Below are positions 1 through 10,574 of a stretch of 64,000 nucleotides of DNA, piece by piece. The notes beneath the pieces were generated by a model. The model made no database searches and was not told where the DNA came from. It saw nothing but the letters and a program-made list of their open reading frames with translations. The first letter of the stretch is position 1. The number at the start of each line of letters is the position of its first letter. This DNA comes from Eubacteriales bacterium (GTDB taxonomy: Bacteria > Bacillota > Clostridia > Oscillospirales > CAG-272), in contig JAZRFY010000027.1 of the NCBI GenBank assembly GCA_045643885.1, forward strand, positions 8,230 through 72,229. The letters are read 5' to 3'. A program made the translations under genes and the position numbers.

Positions 1-591
1 GGACTTTTCCCCGAGCAGGCAACAAACTGGGATTGGTTTTCCGACCTTATCAGGAACGCAGGCAGACCCATCAAGGTTCTCAACCTCTTTGCATACACAG
101 GTGGAGCTACAGTAGCAGCAGCCAAGGCAGGAGCATCAGTGTGCCACGTTGACGCGGCAAAGGGAATGGTTGCTCAGGCAAAGGAGAATGCAAAGCTCTC
201 AGGTCTTGAAAGCGCACCCATTCGTTATATCGTTGACGACTGCAAAAAGTTTGTTGAGCGCGAGATAAGACGCGGCAATAAATACGATGCGATAATTATG
301 GACCCTCCCTCATACGGAAGAGGCCCCTCGGGTGAAATCTGGAAGATAGAGGATAGCATCGACGACCTCGTTGCCCTTACTGCACAGGTGCTTTCCGATA
401 AGCCCTTGTTCTTCCTTATCAACTCCTATACAACAGGACTTTCTCCCTTGACGATGAGCTACATCGTTGACCTTCGCATCTCCAAAGTACACGGAGGCAA
501 GTGCGAGGCAAGTGAGATTGCCCTTCCCGTAAAGTATACGGGTGGCTTTATGCCTTGTGGCGCAAGCGCAAGATGGCAGGAAAGCAAATAA
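1..591 (+). CDS. class I SAM-dependent methyltransferase (COG1092/RlmI-like); 5' end lies outside the window
   Basis: Frame 1 is open from nt 1 (GLFPEQ...). It has a SAM-binding-type LNLFAYTGG motif and an MDPPSYGRG motif. Stop codon at 589-591. Confidence 0.75.
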   Translation, partial: GLFPEQATNWDWFSDLIRNAGRPIKVLNLFAYTGGATVAAAKAGASVCHVDAAKGMVAQAKENAKLSGLESAPIRYIVDDCKKFVEREIRRGNKYDAIIMDPPSYGRGPSGEIWKIEDSIDDLVALTAQVLSDKPLFFLINSYTTGLSPLTMSYIVDLRISKVHGGKCEASEIALPVKYTGGFMPCGASARWQESK

Positions 592-628
592 ATAAGAAAT
601 TCAGTTAAAAGAAAGGAAAGTCACAAAG

Positions 629-1495
629 GTGAATTCTGATTCTTACATCAAAATAGAAAATATCAGTATCTCCTATGAGGAGGATGACGGCGGCAGAACG
701 TCGGTGCTTAAAAACATCAACCTTGACGTTAAAAAGGGCGAATATCTTGCCGTGCTCGGTCACAACGGCTCGGGAAAATCAACCCTTGCCAAGCTCCTCA
801 ATATGATACTTGAGCCCGATGAGGGAAAAATATATATAGACGGCAAGGATATTACGAATCCCGATATGACGGAGGAGGATGTTTTCGAGCTTAGAAAAAA
901 GGTGGGAATGGTTTTCCAAAATCCCGACAATCAGCTCGTTGCCACCATCGTTGAGGATGACGTTGCATTCGGACCTGAAAATCTTGGAGTTGAGCCTGCA
1001 GAAATCAGAAGAAGAGTTGACGATGCTCTCTCTGTCGTAGGTATGACAGAGCATGCAAAAAGCGAGCCTGCAAGACTTTCGGGTGGACAAAAGCAAAGGA
1101 TCGCTATTGCGGGCATTCTTGCAATGAAGCCCGACTGTATGATTTTTGACGAATCAACTGCAATGCTTGACCCCCTTGGTCGTCGCGATATTATGAATAC
1201 CATTGAAAAGCTCAACAAGGAGCACGGTATCACCATAATTATGATCACACACTATATGGACGAAGCGGCAAGAGCCAACAGAATCGTGGTTATTGACGAC
1301 GGAGTCGTTCTCATGGACGGAACACCGAAGGAGGTATTCTCCGAGCCCGAAAAGCTTGCAAAATGCGGTCTTGACGTGCCCCAATGCGTGTCCCTTGTCC
1401 ACTCGCTTAAAAAGCAAGGAATCAATGTCGAAGGAGAGTGCCACACTCCGTCTGCCTGTGCAGATGCGATAGCAAGGGCACTTAATAGAGGATAA
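629..1495 (+). CDS. ecfA1: energy-coupling factor (ECF) transporter ATPase subunit A1
   Basis: GTG start 9 nt after GAAAGGAAAG. Walker A GHNGSGKST, signature LSGGQKQR and Walker B IFDEST. First gene of the conserved ecfA-ecfA'-ecfT-truA order. Confidence 0.9.
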   Translation: MNSDSYIKIENISISYEEDDGGRTSVLKNINLDVKKGEYLAVLGHNGSGKSTLAKLLNMILEPDEGKIYIDGKDITNPDMTEEDVFELRKKVGMVFQNPDNQLVATIVEDDVAFGPENLGVEPAEIRRRVDDALSVVGMTEHAKSEPARLSGGQKQRIAIAGILAMKPDCMIFDESTAMLDPLGRRDIMNTIEKLNKEHGITIIMITHYMDEAARANRIVVIDDGVVLMDGTPKEVFSEPEKLAKCGLDVPQCVSLVHSLKKQGINVEGECHTPSACADAIARALNRG

Positions 1496-2352
1496 TGGAA
1501 AAGATAAGGCTTGAAAACGTCTCTTTCTTTTACGGAAAGGGAACGGCTTACAGTAAAGAAGCACTTAAAAATGTAAATATTGAAATTAAAAAAGGCTCCA
1601 TTACAGGACTTATCGGTCATACGGGAAGTGGAAAATCAACCATGCTTCAGCTCCTTAACGGTCTTGCAACACCTACTGAAGGTAAGGTGTATCTTGACGG
1701 AGTTGACATTTGGGAAAAGCCGAAGGAAATTGGAAAGGTCCGTTTTCACGTAGGACTTGTAATGCAGTATCCCGAATATCAGCTCTTTGAAGAGACTGTT
1801 GAAAAGGACATCGCATTCGGACCTAAGAATATGGGACTTGACGAAGCCGAGATATCAAAGAGAATAAGAGAAGCGATCGATTTTGTCGGACTTGATCCTG
1901 AGGTGCTTTCAAAAAATCCCTTTGATCTTTCAGGCGGTCAAAAGAGAAGAGTTGCTATTGCAGGAGTAATCGCGATGCGCCCCGAGGTGCTCGTTCTTGA
2001 CGAGCCTGCAGCAGGTCTTGACCCCAAGGGAAGGGACGCGATTTTGGACGGTGTTTTCAAATACCGCGAAAAGACGGGAGCAACTGTTATCATAGTAAGT
2101 CACAGTATGGAGGATATGGCAAGACTTTGTGACGATATCATCGTGCTTTCGCGCGGTGAGGTAGTGCTCAGTGGCACACGCGACGAGGTGTTTAAGGAAT
2201 CACAAATGCTTGAAAGCATCGGACTTGCCGTTCCACAGATAACACTCCTTATGCACGAGCTTAATGCCCGTGGCATAGAGGTAAATAACGGAATTTATAC
2301 TGAGGATGCCGCAGTGGAAGAAATTGCGCGTCTTTTGAAAGGTAAAAAATGA
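1495..2352 (+). CDS. ecfA2: ECF transporter ATPase subunit A2
   Basis: Overlaps the ecfA1 stop by 1 nt. Walker A GHTGSGKST, signature LSGGQKRR and Walker B VLDEPAAGLD. Confidence 0.9.
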   Translation: MEKIRLENVSFFYGKGTAYSKEALKNVNIEIKKGSITGLIGHTGSGKSTMLQLLNGLATPTEGKVYLDGVDIWEKPKEIGKVRFHVGLVMQYPEYQLFEETVEKDIAFGPKNMGLDEAEISKRIREAIDFVGLDPEVLSKNPFDLSGGQKRRVAIAGVIAMRPEVLVLDEPAAGLDPKGRDAILDGVFKYREKTGATVIIVSHSMEDMARLCDDIIVLSRGEVVLSGTRDEVFKESQMLESIGLAVPQITLLMHELNARGIEVNNGIYTEDAAVEEIARLLKGKK

Positions 2353-3170
2353 AGAATATAACTCTTGGACAGTACTATGCTGTCGATTCAATCATACACA
2401 GACTTGATCCGAGAATCAAGATAGTCATTGCGATACTTTATATCGTCACAGTATTTTTAAGTGAGAACGTTGTATCCATGGCAATCATTCTTCTCTCGGC
2501 ATTTGCCTTGATATTCATGTCAAGGATACCTGTAAAAATCGTATTGCGATCGATAAAAATGCTGGTGTTCATCATCGCGTTCACTGCAATCGTAAACATC
2601 TTTATGGGTGGAGAGGGAGAGCCTCTTTTCGAGCTTGGATTTATTAAGATATATCTTTCCGGCATCGTTAATGCGATCTTTCTTATCGTAAGAATATTCG
2701 TTTTGATAATCGGAAGCAGTATTTTGCTCACCTATACAACAACTCCCATCGCGTTGACGGACGGCATTGAAAGACTTCTTTCTCCCCTTAAGGTGATAGG
2801 ACTTCCCGTGCACGATTTTGCAATGATTATGACCATTGCGCTTAGATTTATTCCAACACTTATGGACGAGGCAGATAAGATAATCAACGCGCAAAAGGCA
2901 AGGGGAGCAGATTTTACAAACGGCAGCCTTACGCAAAAGGCAAAGGCGCTCATTCCGATTCTCATCCCCCTCTTCTCATCATCCATTCGTCACGCGCTCG
3001 ACCTTGCAACTGCAATGGAGTGCCGTTGCTATAAGGGTGGAGAGGGAAGAACGAGAATGAAGGTGCTCAAGTGTCGCGCAAGTGATATTCTGGCACTGTG
3101 CGTCGTTATTTCCTTTGGCGCACTCATAGTGCTTGTAAATTACTATACAAAGACGCTTCTCCCATTTTAA
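2349..3170 (+). CDS. ecfT: ECF transporter transmembrane subunit T
   Basis: ATGA overlap with ecfA2. Polytopic membrane protein with the EcfT-type ARG motif region (INAQKARGADF). Confidence 0.9.
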   Translation: MKNITLGQYYAVDSIIHRLDPRIKIVIAILYIVTVFLSENVVSMAIILLSAFALIFMSRIPVKIVLRSIKMLVFIIAFTAIVNIFMGGEGEPLFELGFIKIYLSGIVNAIFLIVRIFVLIIGSSILLTYTTTPIALTDGIERLLSPLKVIGLPVHDFAMIMTIALRFIPTLMDEADKIINAQKARGADFTNGSLTQKAKALIPILIPLFSSSIRHALDLATAMECRCYKGGEGRTRMKVLKCRASDILALCVVISFGALIVLVNYYTKTLLPF

Positions 3171-3181
3171 AGGAGCATAAT

Positions 3182-3940
3182 ATGAAATTATTGCTTAAAA
3201 TAAGCTTTCTTGGAACGAATTATAACGGATATCAAGTTCAGCCCGATAAGCCCACCGTTCAACAAAAGATGAACGAGGCATCCTATAGAATTTTCGGCTT
3301 CGACTGCGACATTGTCGGTTGCAGTAGAACGGATAGTGGCGTTCACGCAAACGAGTTTTTCGTGTGCGTTTCTAAAAAAGGTGAAAACGAGCTTGAATGC
3401 ACCATCCCTATGGAGAGCATTCCGCTTGCCTTCAACTCCGTTTTGCCCGACGATATCTCCGTGCTTGAGGCAAGGATGGTCGAAAGCGATTTTCATCCAA
3501 GATATGCAGTAAAATATAAGGAATATACCTATAGAATTTGGAATAACCCCATAAAAAATCCCTTTGAGGCAAATAGGGCATACCATATTCCAAGCGTTTA
3601 TTCCGATGAGACTATCGAAAAAATGAATGAGGCAGCATCTTATTTTTGTGGCAAGCACGATTTTGCCTCCTATATGGCACAGGGCTCAAAAATTGTGGAC
3701 ACAGTAAGAGAAATTAAATATGCCTCCGTTAAAAAAGAGGGCGACTTAGTGGTGTTCACAGTTGCCGCTGACGGATTTTTATACAACATGGTCAGAATTA
3801 TGACAGGAACTCTTCTGCTCGTTGCCAAGGGCAAAATCGAGCCTTGTCAGATTGCTGATATAACAAACAGTAAATGCCGTAAGAATGCAGGATCGACAGT
3901 ACCTGCCTGCGGTCTCTATCTCAACAAAGTAGAGTATTGA
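3182..3940 (+). CDS. truA: tRNA pseudouridine(38-40) synthase TruA
   Basis: MKLLLKISFLGTNYNGYQVQ... with catalytic GCSRTDSGVHA. I chose the ATG at 3182 after AAGGAG, because the upstream extension from 3098 overlaps ecfT. Confidence 0.9.
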   Translation: MKLLLKISFLGTNYNGYQVQPDKPTVQQKMNEASYRIFGFDCDIVGCSRTDSGVHANEFFVCVSKKGENELECTIPMESIPLAFNSVLPDDISVLEARMVESDFHPRYAVKYKEYTYRIWNNPIKNPFEANRAYHIPSVYSDETIEKMNEAASYFCGKHDFASYMAQGSKIVDTVREIKYASVKKEGDLVVFTVAADGFLYNMVRIMTGTLLLVAKGKIEPCQIADITNSKCRKNAGSTVPACGLYLNKVEY

Positions 3941-3964
3941 TTTTTTTTGAAAGGAGTTGGGAAA

Positions 3965-5185
3965 ATGCAATTCGATTTCGATAAAATAATTGAAAAATTC
4001 AAATACGATCCCAATTCCGTAAAAAAGGATTATGACGGAAGGACGGACGTATATCTTGCAAAGGTCAGCTACCGTTATGCATACGTCAAACGAATCATTT
4101 CGGTGCTTATAATCCTTGTGCTTATTGCCTTTGTTTTGTCGGGCAATATCGCGTATAGCAAGTTTTATTATCTTGCCAAGGATATAAGACTTGCATCGGA
4201 TTTCGTGAATTCAAGTCACGATACGATAACCTATAACGTGGGCAATTCACAAAGCTTTGTTGCATTCAGATCGGGAATTGCCGTTGCAAGTAGAGAAAGG
4301 CTTTCCATCTTCTCAGCCGGTGGCAAGGAGCTGTTTTCTGCAAACCACAGCTTTGGAAATCCCTCACTCAAGGCAAACGATAAATACGTTTTGCTCTATG
4401 ACGTGGGTGGCAAGCAATATGCGCTTTATAACTCATTTTCAAAGACCAATGAGGGAACACTCAATAACGTAATATACGGGGCAAGCGTTTCCGAAAGCGG
4501 TACATTTGCCTTGATAACAAAAACCGATAAATACGATTCAGTTGTCAGCGTTTATCAGCAAAATGGTACGAAATATGATTATAATTTTGCTAATGGAAGA
4601 GTGTATTCCGTTTCGCTCTCCGAAAACGGATTGCAATTTGCCGTGCTCCTCGTTTTTTCAGATGGAGCTGATATAAGGACTGAAATAAGAGTCTATAAGC
4701 TCGGAAGCAATGACTATTCCGCAAAGGATCTTACCTTCAAGGGCATTCCTTATGAGGTGAAAATATTGAATAACGGCAACATTTTAGCCGTTGGAGCAAA
4801 GGGAGTCAATGCCTTCTCCTCAAGCCTTTCCTTGCTTGGAGAATATTTGACCGACAAGGAAATATACGCCTATGCTTTTGGGGATGATAATATTGCAATA
4901 AGTCACGTTTCCGATAATGAGGGCAAGACTGATGTTGTTATCCTTAACCAACGAGGCAAGATTGAAAAGAGATTTTTACATAGTGACAGAGTTATAGACG
5001 TTGCCGTTTATAAGGACTATCTCTTCGTGCAAAAGATAAGTGGCTTTGAAAGAACCAATATCGCACTTGGCACTACTGAAAAGATCGAGCTTATCGGAAC
5101 TGATTTCAAAATGATAGCCAGTGACAAGGATACGCTTATAATTTGCAACGATTCCTATGCAAACTTTTTGAATTTTGGAAGATAA
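3965..5185 (+). CDS. hypothetical single-pass membrane protein with a beta-rich ectodomain
   Basis: Long ORF whose ATG follows GGAG. N-terminal TM segment IISVLIILVLIAFVLSGNIAY. No catalytic motif recognised. Confidence 0.6.
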   Translation: MQFDFDKIIEKFKYDPNSVKKDYDGRTDVYLAKVSYRYAYVKRIISVLIILVLIAFVLSGNIAYSKFYYLAKDIRLASDFVNSSHDTITYNVGNSQSFVAFRSGIAVASRERLSIFSAGGKELFSANHSFGNPSLKANDKYVLLYDVGGKQYALYNSFSKTNEGTLNNVIYGASVSESGTFALITKTDKYDSVVSVYQQNGTKYDYNFANGRVYSVSLSENGLQFAVLLVFSDGADIRTEIRVYKLGSNDYSAKDLTFKGIPYEVKILNNGNILAVGAKGVNAFSSSLSLLGEYLTDKEIYAYAFGDDNIAISHVSDNEGKTDVVILNQRGKIEKRFLHSDRVIDVAVYKDYLFVQKISGFERTNIALGTTEKIELIGTDFKMIASDKDTLIICNDSYANFLNFGR

Positions 5186-5210
5186 AGCATTTTGAAAAAG
5201 GAGATTTTAT

Positions 5211-5897
5211 ATGTATAATTGGGATATAATAATTGATGTTCTTATAGTTGTGTTGATAATCTTCACAATAATAACAAATGCGAAAAAAGGATTTATAAAG
5301 ACTGCGTTAAATGCAATTAAGGGCATACTTGTTTTGCTTTTGGCACTTGCCTTGACACCCATGACCTCCGACATTGCAAAGGACAATTTTGTTAATGGTT
5401 GGTTTGAGGGAACGATAACCACTCCCTTTGTTGAAACTGCACTTGAGGCAGGGGAAAATTTCAATTTTGAAACTATTTCCGAAAACCTTCCCGACGTGGC
5501 AGATGGAGTTATCTCCTTGATCGACGTTGACGGAGCGCTCAGTCAATTTGAGGGTACGGGCGTTGATTTTGCCATGGAATTCGGCGGCAGATTAGAGGGA
5601 CTTGTGATAAACGTGGTTTCCAATATCATAACGTACGTTTTCTGGTGGATAATACTTTCTATCGTGCTTACGATCATAGTTAAGTTGCTTGAAAAAACAG
5701 TTGAATTGCCCGTTCTCAAGCAGGGCGACCATATACTCGGAGGCATTTGGGGCGTAGTTAGTGCCTATGTTGAAATCAGCCTTTGCGTAGTAGTGTTAGC
5801 ATTTTTCGGAGGATTCGAATTCATTGAAAATACCGTGGTTGCAAGATTCTTCTATGAAAACGGATTGTTCTCAACCTTGTTTAATACTATCCTTTAA
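5211..5897 (+). CDS. CvpA-family (colicin V production-like) membrane protein
   Basis: AGGAG ribosome-binding site. N-terminal WDIIIDVLIVVLIIFTIITNAKKGFIK helix pattern and C-terminal TM helices typical of CvpA-like proteins. Confidence 0.65.
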   Translation: MYNWDIIIDVLIVVLIIFTIITNAKKGFIKTALNAIKGILVLLLALALTPMTSDIAKDNFVNGWFEGTITTPFVETALEAGENFNFETISENLPDVADGVISLIDVDGALSQFEGTGVDFAMEFGGRLEGLVINVVSNIITYVFWWIILSIVLTIIVKLLEKTVELPVLKQGDHILGGIWGVVSAYVEISLCVVVLAFFGGFEFIENTVVARFFYENGLFSTLFNTIL

Positions 5898-5907
5898 GGA
5901 GTAAAAT

Positions 5908-8211
5908 ATGATAATGTGTTCAAGATGCCATAAGAGAATGGCAGTTGTTTTCATCACCAAGCTTGAAAACGGTGAGAAGAAGAACGAGGGCGTTTGCATG
6001 ACGTGTGCAAAGGAGCTTGGACTTCCTCTTGACAACATGCTTGGCGACGTAATAAATAAATTCGGAATCACACCCGAGGAGCTTTCGGGTATGGAGGACG
6101 AAATGACAAGAATGATGGAAAACGGGGGAGAGCTTCCTGCAATGATGGATGAAGAAGGCTCTGACGACGAGGCAAGAGCACCCGCTATCGATCTTCAAAA
6201 GCTTTTTGGCGGCAATAGCTCAAACGCGCCAAACGTTGAGGGGGGCAAGGCAAATGCCGACGAAAAAAATAAAGAGAAAAAGAGAAAATTCCTTGATGCA
6301 TATTGTAAGGACCTTACAAGAGATGCAAGGGAGGGCAAGCTCGATGCCATCGTTGGCAGAGAAAAGGAGCTTGCAAGAGTAATACAAATTCTTTCAAGAA
6401 GACAAAAAAATAACCCCTGCCTTATAGGTGAGCCCGGTGTCGGTAAGACAGCCATCGCCGAGGCATTGGCACAAAAGATTGTCAGAGGGGACGTCCCCTA
6501 TAAGCTCAAAAATAAAGAGCTCCACCTTCTCGACCTCACTGCACTTGTTGCAGGCACACAGTTCAGAGGTCAGTACGAAAGCCGACTTTTGGGCCTTTTG
6601 AAGGAGGTAAAGGACGCAGGCAATATCATCCTCGTTATCGATGAGGTGCATAACATCGTTGGTGCAGGTAACAGTGAGGGAAGCATGAGCACTGCAAACA
6701 TGCTCAAGCCAGCCCTTTCTCGCGGTGAAATACAGGTTATCGGTGCAACAACACTCAGTGAATACAGAAAGTATATTGAAAAGGATTCCGCCCTTGAAAG
6801 ACGCTTCCAACCCGTTAAGGTTGAAGAGCCTTCAATCGATGAAACTCTTGAGATGCTCAAGGGGATCAAGCATTATTACGAATCCTTCCACCAGATAAAG
6901 ATACCTGAATCCGTTTTGAGAAGCGCAGTTGTGCTTTCCGAAAGATATATCACGGACAGATATCTTCCCGATAAAGCTATCGACCTTCTTGACGAGGCAG
7001 CTGCAACTCTTTCTTTAAGCTCAGCTTCTCTTAACAGAAGCATAGAGATAAGAGAAAACCTTCTTTCTATTAAGAAGGATAGAGAAGCGCTCGAGGCAAT
7101 GCCTCTCGATTCTCCCGACAATGCGGATGCTTATGAAAAGATCGCAAAGCTTAAATCCAAGGAGATCAAGCTTGCAGAGGAGCTTAAATCCCTTGAGGGT
7201 GAGTGCGAAAACATCATCCTTGATACTGAATGTCTTGCCGACGTTGTAGAGATGTGGACGGGTGTTCCTGCACTTACTGTAAGTGCAAATGAATACGAGC
7301 AGATCGATAAGCTTGAGGAAAGACTTAAAACTCATATCATCGGTCAGGATAAGGCAGTAAAATCCATTTGCCGTGCTATAAAGAGAAATAGAGCAGGCAT
7401 TTCATATAAGAGAAAGCCCGTCTCCTTTATCTTTGCAGGACCTACGGGTGTTGGTAAGACCGAGCTTGTTAAACAGCTTGCAAACGATCTTTTCCATTCT
7501 CCCGAAACGCTCATTCGCCTTGATATGAGTGAGTTTATGGAAAAGCACTCCGTTTCAAAGATTATCGGAGCGCCTCCCGGATACGTTGGATACGACGAGG
7601 CAGGTCAGCTTACTGAAAAGATAAGAAGAAGACCTTATTCCGTAATCCTTTTTGACGAGATTGAAAAGGCACATCCCGACGTGCTTAACGTTCTTTTGCA
7701 GATTCTTGACGACGGTCGCGTGACCGACGCGCAGGGAAGAACTATAAACTTTGAAAATACCATTTTGGTAATGACCACAAATGCAGGCTCAACCAATTCT
7801 TCCGGCAGAGCAGGATTTTCAATGTCCGATAATCTTTCAGCCGAGGACGCGCGCACTATGAAGGCGCTTGAGGGCTTCCTCCGTCCTGAATTTATCAACC
7901 GTGTTGACGAGATTATCACCTTCAATTCTCTTACTGAAGAGAACTTTGAAAGGATTGCAGAAATTATGCTTACCGAGCTTAAGATTGCACTCAATGAAAA
8001 GGGAATCGACCTTTCCTACAGTGAGGATGCACTTAAATTCGTTGGCAAGAAATCATACTCTGCAAAATTCGGTGCAAGAAATATGAGAAGATTTATTCAG
8101 ACTCATATCGAGGATGCTATTGCCGAAAAGGTGATCGCTGATTATAATCGCACAATTTCAAAGGTTTATATTTCAGTCGATAATGACGAGATAATTGTGA
8201 CCTGTATGTAA
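5908..8211 (+). CDS. clpE: ClpE-like Clp/Hsp100 AAA+ ATPase (two NBDs, N-terminal CxxC...CxxC zinc ribbon)
   Basis: N-terminus [10 protein letters not shown]...[12 protein letters not shown]1 has [12 protein letters not shown] and NBD2 has [11 protein letters not shown] ClpP-docking-type loop ([10 protein letters not shown]) is present. There is no Clp_N repeat domain. Confidence 0.8.
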   Translation: MIMCSRCHKRMAVVFITKLENGEKKNEGVCMTCAKELGLPLDNMLGDVINKFGITPEELSGMEDEMTRMMENGGELPAMMDEEGSDDEARAPAIDLQKLFGGNSSNAPNVEGGKANADEKNKEKKRKFLDAYCKDLTRDAREGKLDAIVGREKELARVIQILSRRQKNNPCLIGEPGVGKTAIAEALAQKIVRGDVPYKLKNKELHLLDLTALVAGTQFRGQYESRLLGLLKEVKDAGNIILVIDEVHNIVGAGNSEGSMSTANMLKPALSRGEIQVIGATTLSEYRKYIEKDSALERRFQPVKVEEPSIDETLEMLKGIKHYYESFHQIKIPESVLRSAVVLSERYITDRYLPDKAIDLLDEAAATLSLSSASLNRSIEIRENLLSIKKDREALEAMPLDSPDNADAYEKIAKLKSKEIKLAEELKSLEGECENIILDTECLADVVEMWTGVPALTVSANEYEQIDKLEERLKTHIIGQDKAVKSICRAIKRNRAGISYKRKPVSFIFAGPTGVGKTELVKQLANDLFHSPETLIRLDMSEFMEKHSVSKIIGAPPGYVGYDEAGQLTEKIRRRPYSVILFDEIEKAHPDVLNVLLQILDDGRVTDAQGRTINFENTILVMTTNAGSTNSSGRAGFSMSDNLSAEDARTMKALEGFLRPEFINRVDEIITFNSLTEENFERIAEIMLTELKIALNEKGIDLSYSEDALKFVGKKSYSAKFGARNMRRFIQTHIEDAIAEKVIADYNRTISKVYISVDNDEIIVTCM

Positions 8212-8216
8212 AAAAT

Positions 8217-8250
8217 GCAGAACCGAGTGTTTGCTCGGTTCTGCATTTTT
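8217..8250 (+). terminator. Rho-independent terminator of the clpE-like gene
   Basis: 11-bp stem gcagaaccgag/ctcggttctgc with a 6-nt loop, followed by ATTTTT. Confidence 0.8.
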
Positions 8251-8474
8251 GTTCGGCAAATTGGGATTTATCGGTGAGTTCGCACAGCACCCATCGATTG
8301 TTTTGTCCACTTTTTCAAAAGTGGCTCTCCACGAGTAGTGGCGCCCGCCGCGTAGGCGACTCGCCGTTTCTTTTGTTAGCTTTTCTTTGCGGCTCTACTT
8401 GCAAAGAAAAGCGGCTAAACCCTTTTGCTATCAATACTTGATAGACGCTTTTTTCTTTGAGGATAAAACAACTA

Positions 8475-8502
8475 TTGACACGATTTTTTTCTGTGATATA
8501 AT
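8475..8502 (+). promoter_or_regulatory. sigmaA-type promoter (TTGACA-16-TGTGATATAAT)
   Basis: Consensus -35 at 8475-8480 and extended -10 at 8492-8502, about 25 nt upstream of the 8527 gene. Confidence 0.5.
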
Positions 8503-8526
8503 GAACTCAAGAAAGGGTGGGATATT

Positions 8527-8952
8527 ATGAAAAAACTTCAAAAGTCAGATAAGATTTCTATATTTGCATATGCTTTGTTATTTGTATGGAGCTTGTTGTA
8601 TTTTTGGGTTTTGGCAGGCCCTACAGGGCTTCTTGACATGTTGGTATGGCAATATATCTTGCTCTTTGTGTTATGCCCATCGATTATATTGATTGTCCAC
8701 ACTGCAAAAAACGGAATGGGCATAAAATCCTTTGCCTTGATACTCGTCTTTTGGTTTTTGAATAGCTTGAATTTCTGGCTTACGTGGAATATTTTATGGT
8801 TTGTCAACAGCAAAGATCCCGGCAGCCTCTTGGGTGAGATAGGAACAGTGGGACATTTAACGATTCCTGCATCACTTGTCGGAATCCTTATGGGTATTAT
8901 TATAAGAGCCATAGTTAAAAGATTCAAAAAAGCAAAAGCAGAACAAGAATAA
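8527..8952 (+). CDS. hypothetical polytopic membrane protein
   Basis: GGGTGG ribosome-binding site. About four hydrophobic helices. No recognisable family motif. Confidence 0.6.
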   Translation: MKKLQKSDKISIFAYALLFVWSLLYFWVLAGPTGLLDMLVWQYILLFVLCPSIILIVHTAKNGMGIKSFALILVFWFLNSLNFWLTWNILWFVNSKDPGSLLGEIGTVGHLTIPASLVGILMGIIIRAIVKRFKKAKAEQE

Positions 8953-8956
8953 TAAA

Positions 8957-8983
8957 AGCTCCCTTTAAAGGGAGCTTTTTTTG
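8957..8983. terminator. bidirectional terminator between convergent genes
   Basis: Stem agctccc-tttaaa-gggagct, flanked by an A-run and a T-run. Confidence 0.7.
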
Positions 8984-9757
8984 TTATTTTTCTTCGTTTT
9001 CTTCGTCCTCGTATTCCTTGATGCCGTTCATCGTGCTTGCAACCTTAAATCCGTCGATTTCACCGCGTTGCATTGCACCGAAGATGCGATATCTGAGTCC
9101 CTTGTGCTTGATGTCAAGCTCGCGAAGGAGCTGCTTCATCTCCTCGCGCTCGGTATTTCCATCGGCAGGACAGGTTGACTTTACAACGGGCAATTCTGCC
9201 TTGTCTGCAAACTGACGAACACTCTTTTCAGCTGCATAAAGCAAGGGACGGATCATAGTAAGATCGATTCTTGAAAGGTATGTAACTGGTGAAAAGCAAC
9301 CGATTCTTCCTTCAAAGAAAAGATTGAGCATAAAGGTTTCAATAGCATCGTCAAAATGGTGACCGAGAGCAACCTTGTTGCATCCAAGCTCCTTGGCAGT
9401 ATTGTAAAGAACACCTCTTCTCATTTTAGCACAAAGAGAGCAGGGGCTCTTTTCCTTTCTTTCCTCAAAGATGATCTGATATATCTGTGTGGGGGCAATG
9501 TGATATTTTACGTCAAGCTTTTCGCAAAGAGCCTTGATGCCGTCAAAGCTCGTATTTGGGAAGCCCATATCAACTGTAATCGCAATAAGCTCAAACTTTT
9601 TGGGATAAAATCTGCGCATCTCGGCAAGTGCATAGAGAAGGGCAAGTGAGTCCTTGCCGGCAGAAACACCAACGGCAATCCTATCACCCTCTTCTATCAT
9701 TGCATAGTCGTCGACTGCGCGTCTTGTATAGCTTAAAATTCGTTTTAATTCTTTCAT
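8984..9757 (-). CDS. ttcA: TtcA-family PP-loop tRNA thiolation ATPase
   Basis: PP-loop VGVSAGKDS and the CSLCAKMRRG and TCPADG cysteine motifs typical of TtcA. Confidence 0.8.
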   Translation of the reverse strand: MKELKRILSYTRRAVDDYAMIEEGDRIAVGVSAGKDSLALLYALAEMRRFYPKKFELIAITVDMGFPNTSFDGIKALCEKLDVKYHIAPTQIYQIIFEERKEKSPCSLCAKMRRGVLYNTAKELGCNKVALGHHFDDAIETFMLNLFFEGRIGCFSPVTYLSRIDLTMIRPLLYAAEKSVRQFADKAELPVVKSTCPADGNTEREEMKQLLRELDIKHKGLRYRIFGAMQRGEIDGFKVASTMNGIKEYEDEENEEK

Positions 9758-10506
9758 CAGAAGTTACATTCCTCGTATATCTTTTTTGCTCTTTCCGTAA
9801 GAGTCTTTGCATCATCGTCAAGATTTAAGAAAAGCGGTTCATACACCTTTACTGAGGGAGAAGCACCTTTTTTTGCACGAACAAGCACCATAGAAGGAGC
9901 TGCTTGGGTGTTCGCGTGAACAAAGCACATTTCCTTTGGCTCAAGATTGTTTTCTCTCATGGCACACAAAAGGTCGATAAGTCTATCAGGACGCCACACG
10001 CAATATAATGAGCCACCGTGCTTTAAAACGCGTTTGGCACACGCGCAAAAATCACCTATGTCACCAAATACCTCGTGACGCGCGATGAATTTTTCATCGT
10101 GCTCGTTTCGCTTTCCACTATCCACCTTCATGTAAGGAGGATTGGAAAATACCGCGTCAACCTCGCAACCGATAGTAGTGCTTTTGATATTTCTTATATC
10201 GTCGCAAACCGTTACGATTTTTTCGGAAAGTCCGTTAAGAGAGGCATTTCTTGTGATTATATCGGCAAAATCCTCTTGAATCTCTGCACAGTATACGGTT
10301 TTGAATTTTTCGCGACTCGCACAAAGGAGAGAGATTATCCCCGTGCCACCACCAAGCTCAAGAGCCACTCCGCTTTTTTGCGCCTTGATAAAGGATGCAA
10401 GCAAAAAAGCATCGGTACCAAAGGTCAAGCCATTCTTCTTTTGAATGAGCTTTATATTCTCGTTAACGCTTGTCAGCTTTTCGTTTTCAAGTATGATATT
10501 ATTCAC
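9757..10506 (-). CDS. tRNA (adenine-N6)-methyltransferase, TrmN6/YfiC-like
   Basis: GTG start after GGAGG. SAM motif LELGGGTGIISL and catalytic FSNPPYM. Its stop overlaps the ttcA start by 1 nt. Confidence 0.75.
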   Translation of the reverse strand: MNNIILENEKLTSVNENIKLIQKKNGLTFGTDAFLLASFIKAQKSGVALELGGGTGIISLLCASREKFKTVYCAEIQEDFADIITRNASLNGLSEKIVTVCDDIRNIKSTTIGCEVDAVFSNPPYMKVDSGKRNEHDEKFIARHEVFGDIGDFCACAKRVLKHGGSLYCVWRPDRLIDLLCAMRENNLEPKEMCFVHANTQAAPSMVLVRAKKGASPSVKVYEPLFLNLDDDAKTLTERAKKIYEECNF

Positions 10507-10574
10507 AACTTACCTCCAAAATTAAAAAACACGGAGCAAATCGATGCTCCGTATTTTTTCAAAATGCAATCGGA

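Noticed and set aside
3098-3181. N-terminal extension of truA offered by the ORF track; analogous extensions exist at 21997-22119, 32748-32807, 42534-42608, 42712-42744, 49774-49815, 44408-44419 and 15607-15624
   Set aside because: The extensions overlap upstream genes or AT-rich promoter DNA and lack Shine-Dalgarno sequences. Internal starts with GGAG-type ribosome-binding sites coincide with the conserved family N-termini.
8492-8502. Identical extended -10 element TGTGATATAAT at three promoters (8492-8502, 50557-50567, 51230-51240), considered as a possible shared regulatory box
   Set aside because: The sequence is simply the consensus TGn-extended -10 of Firmicute sigmaA promoters. The flanks share no further similarity.
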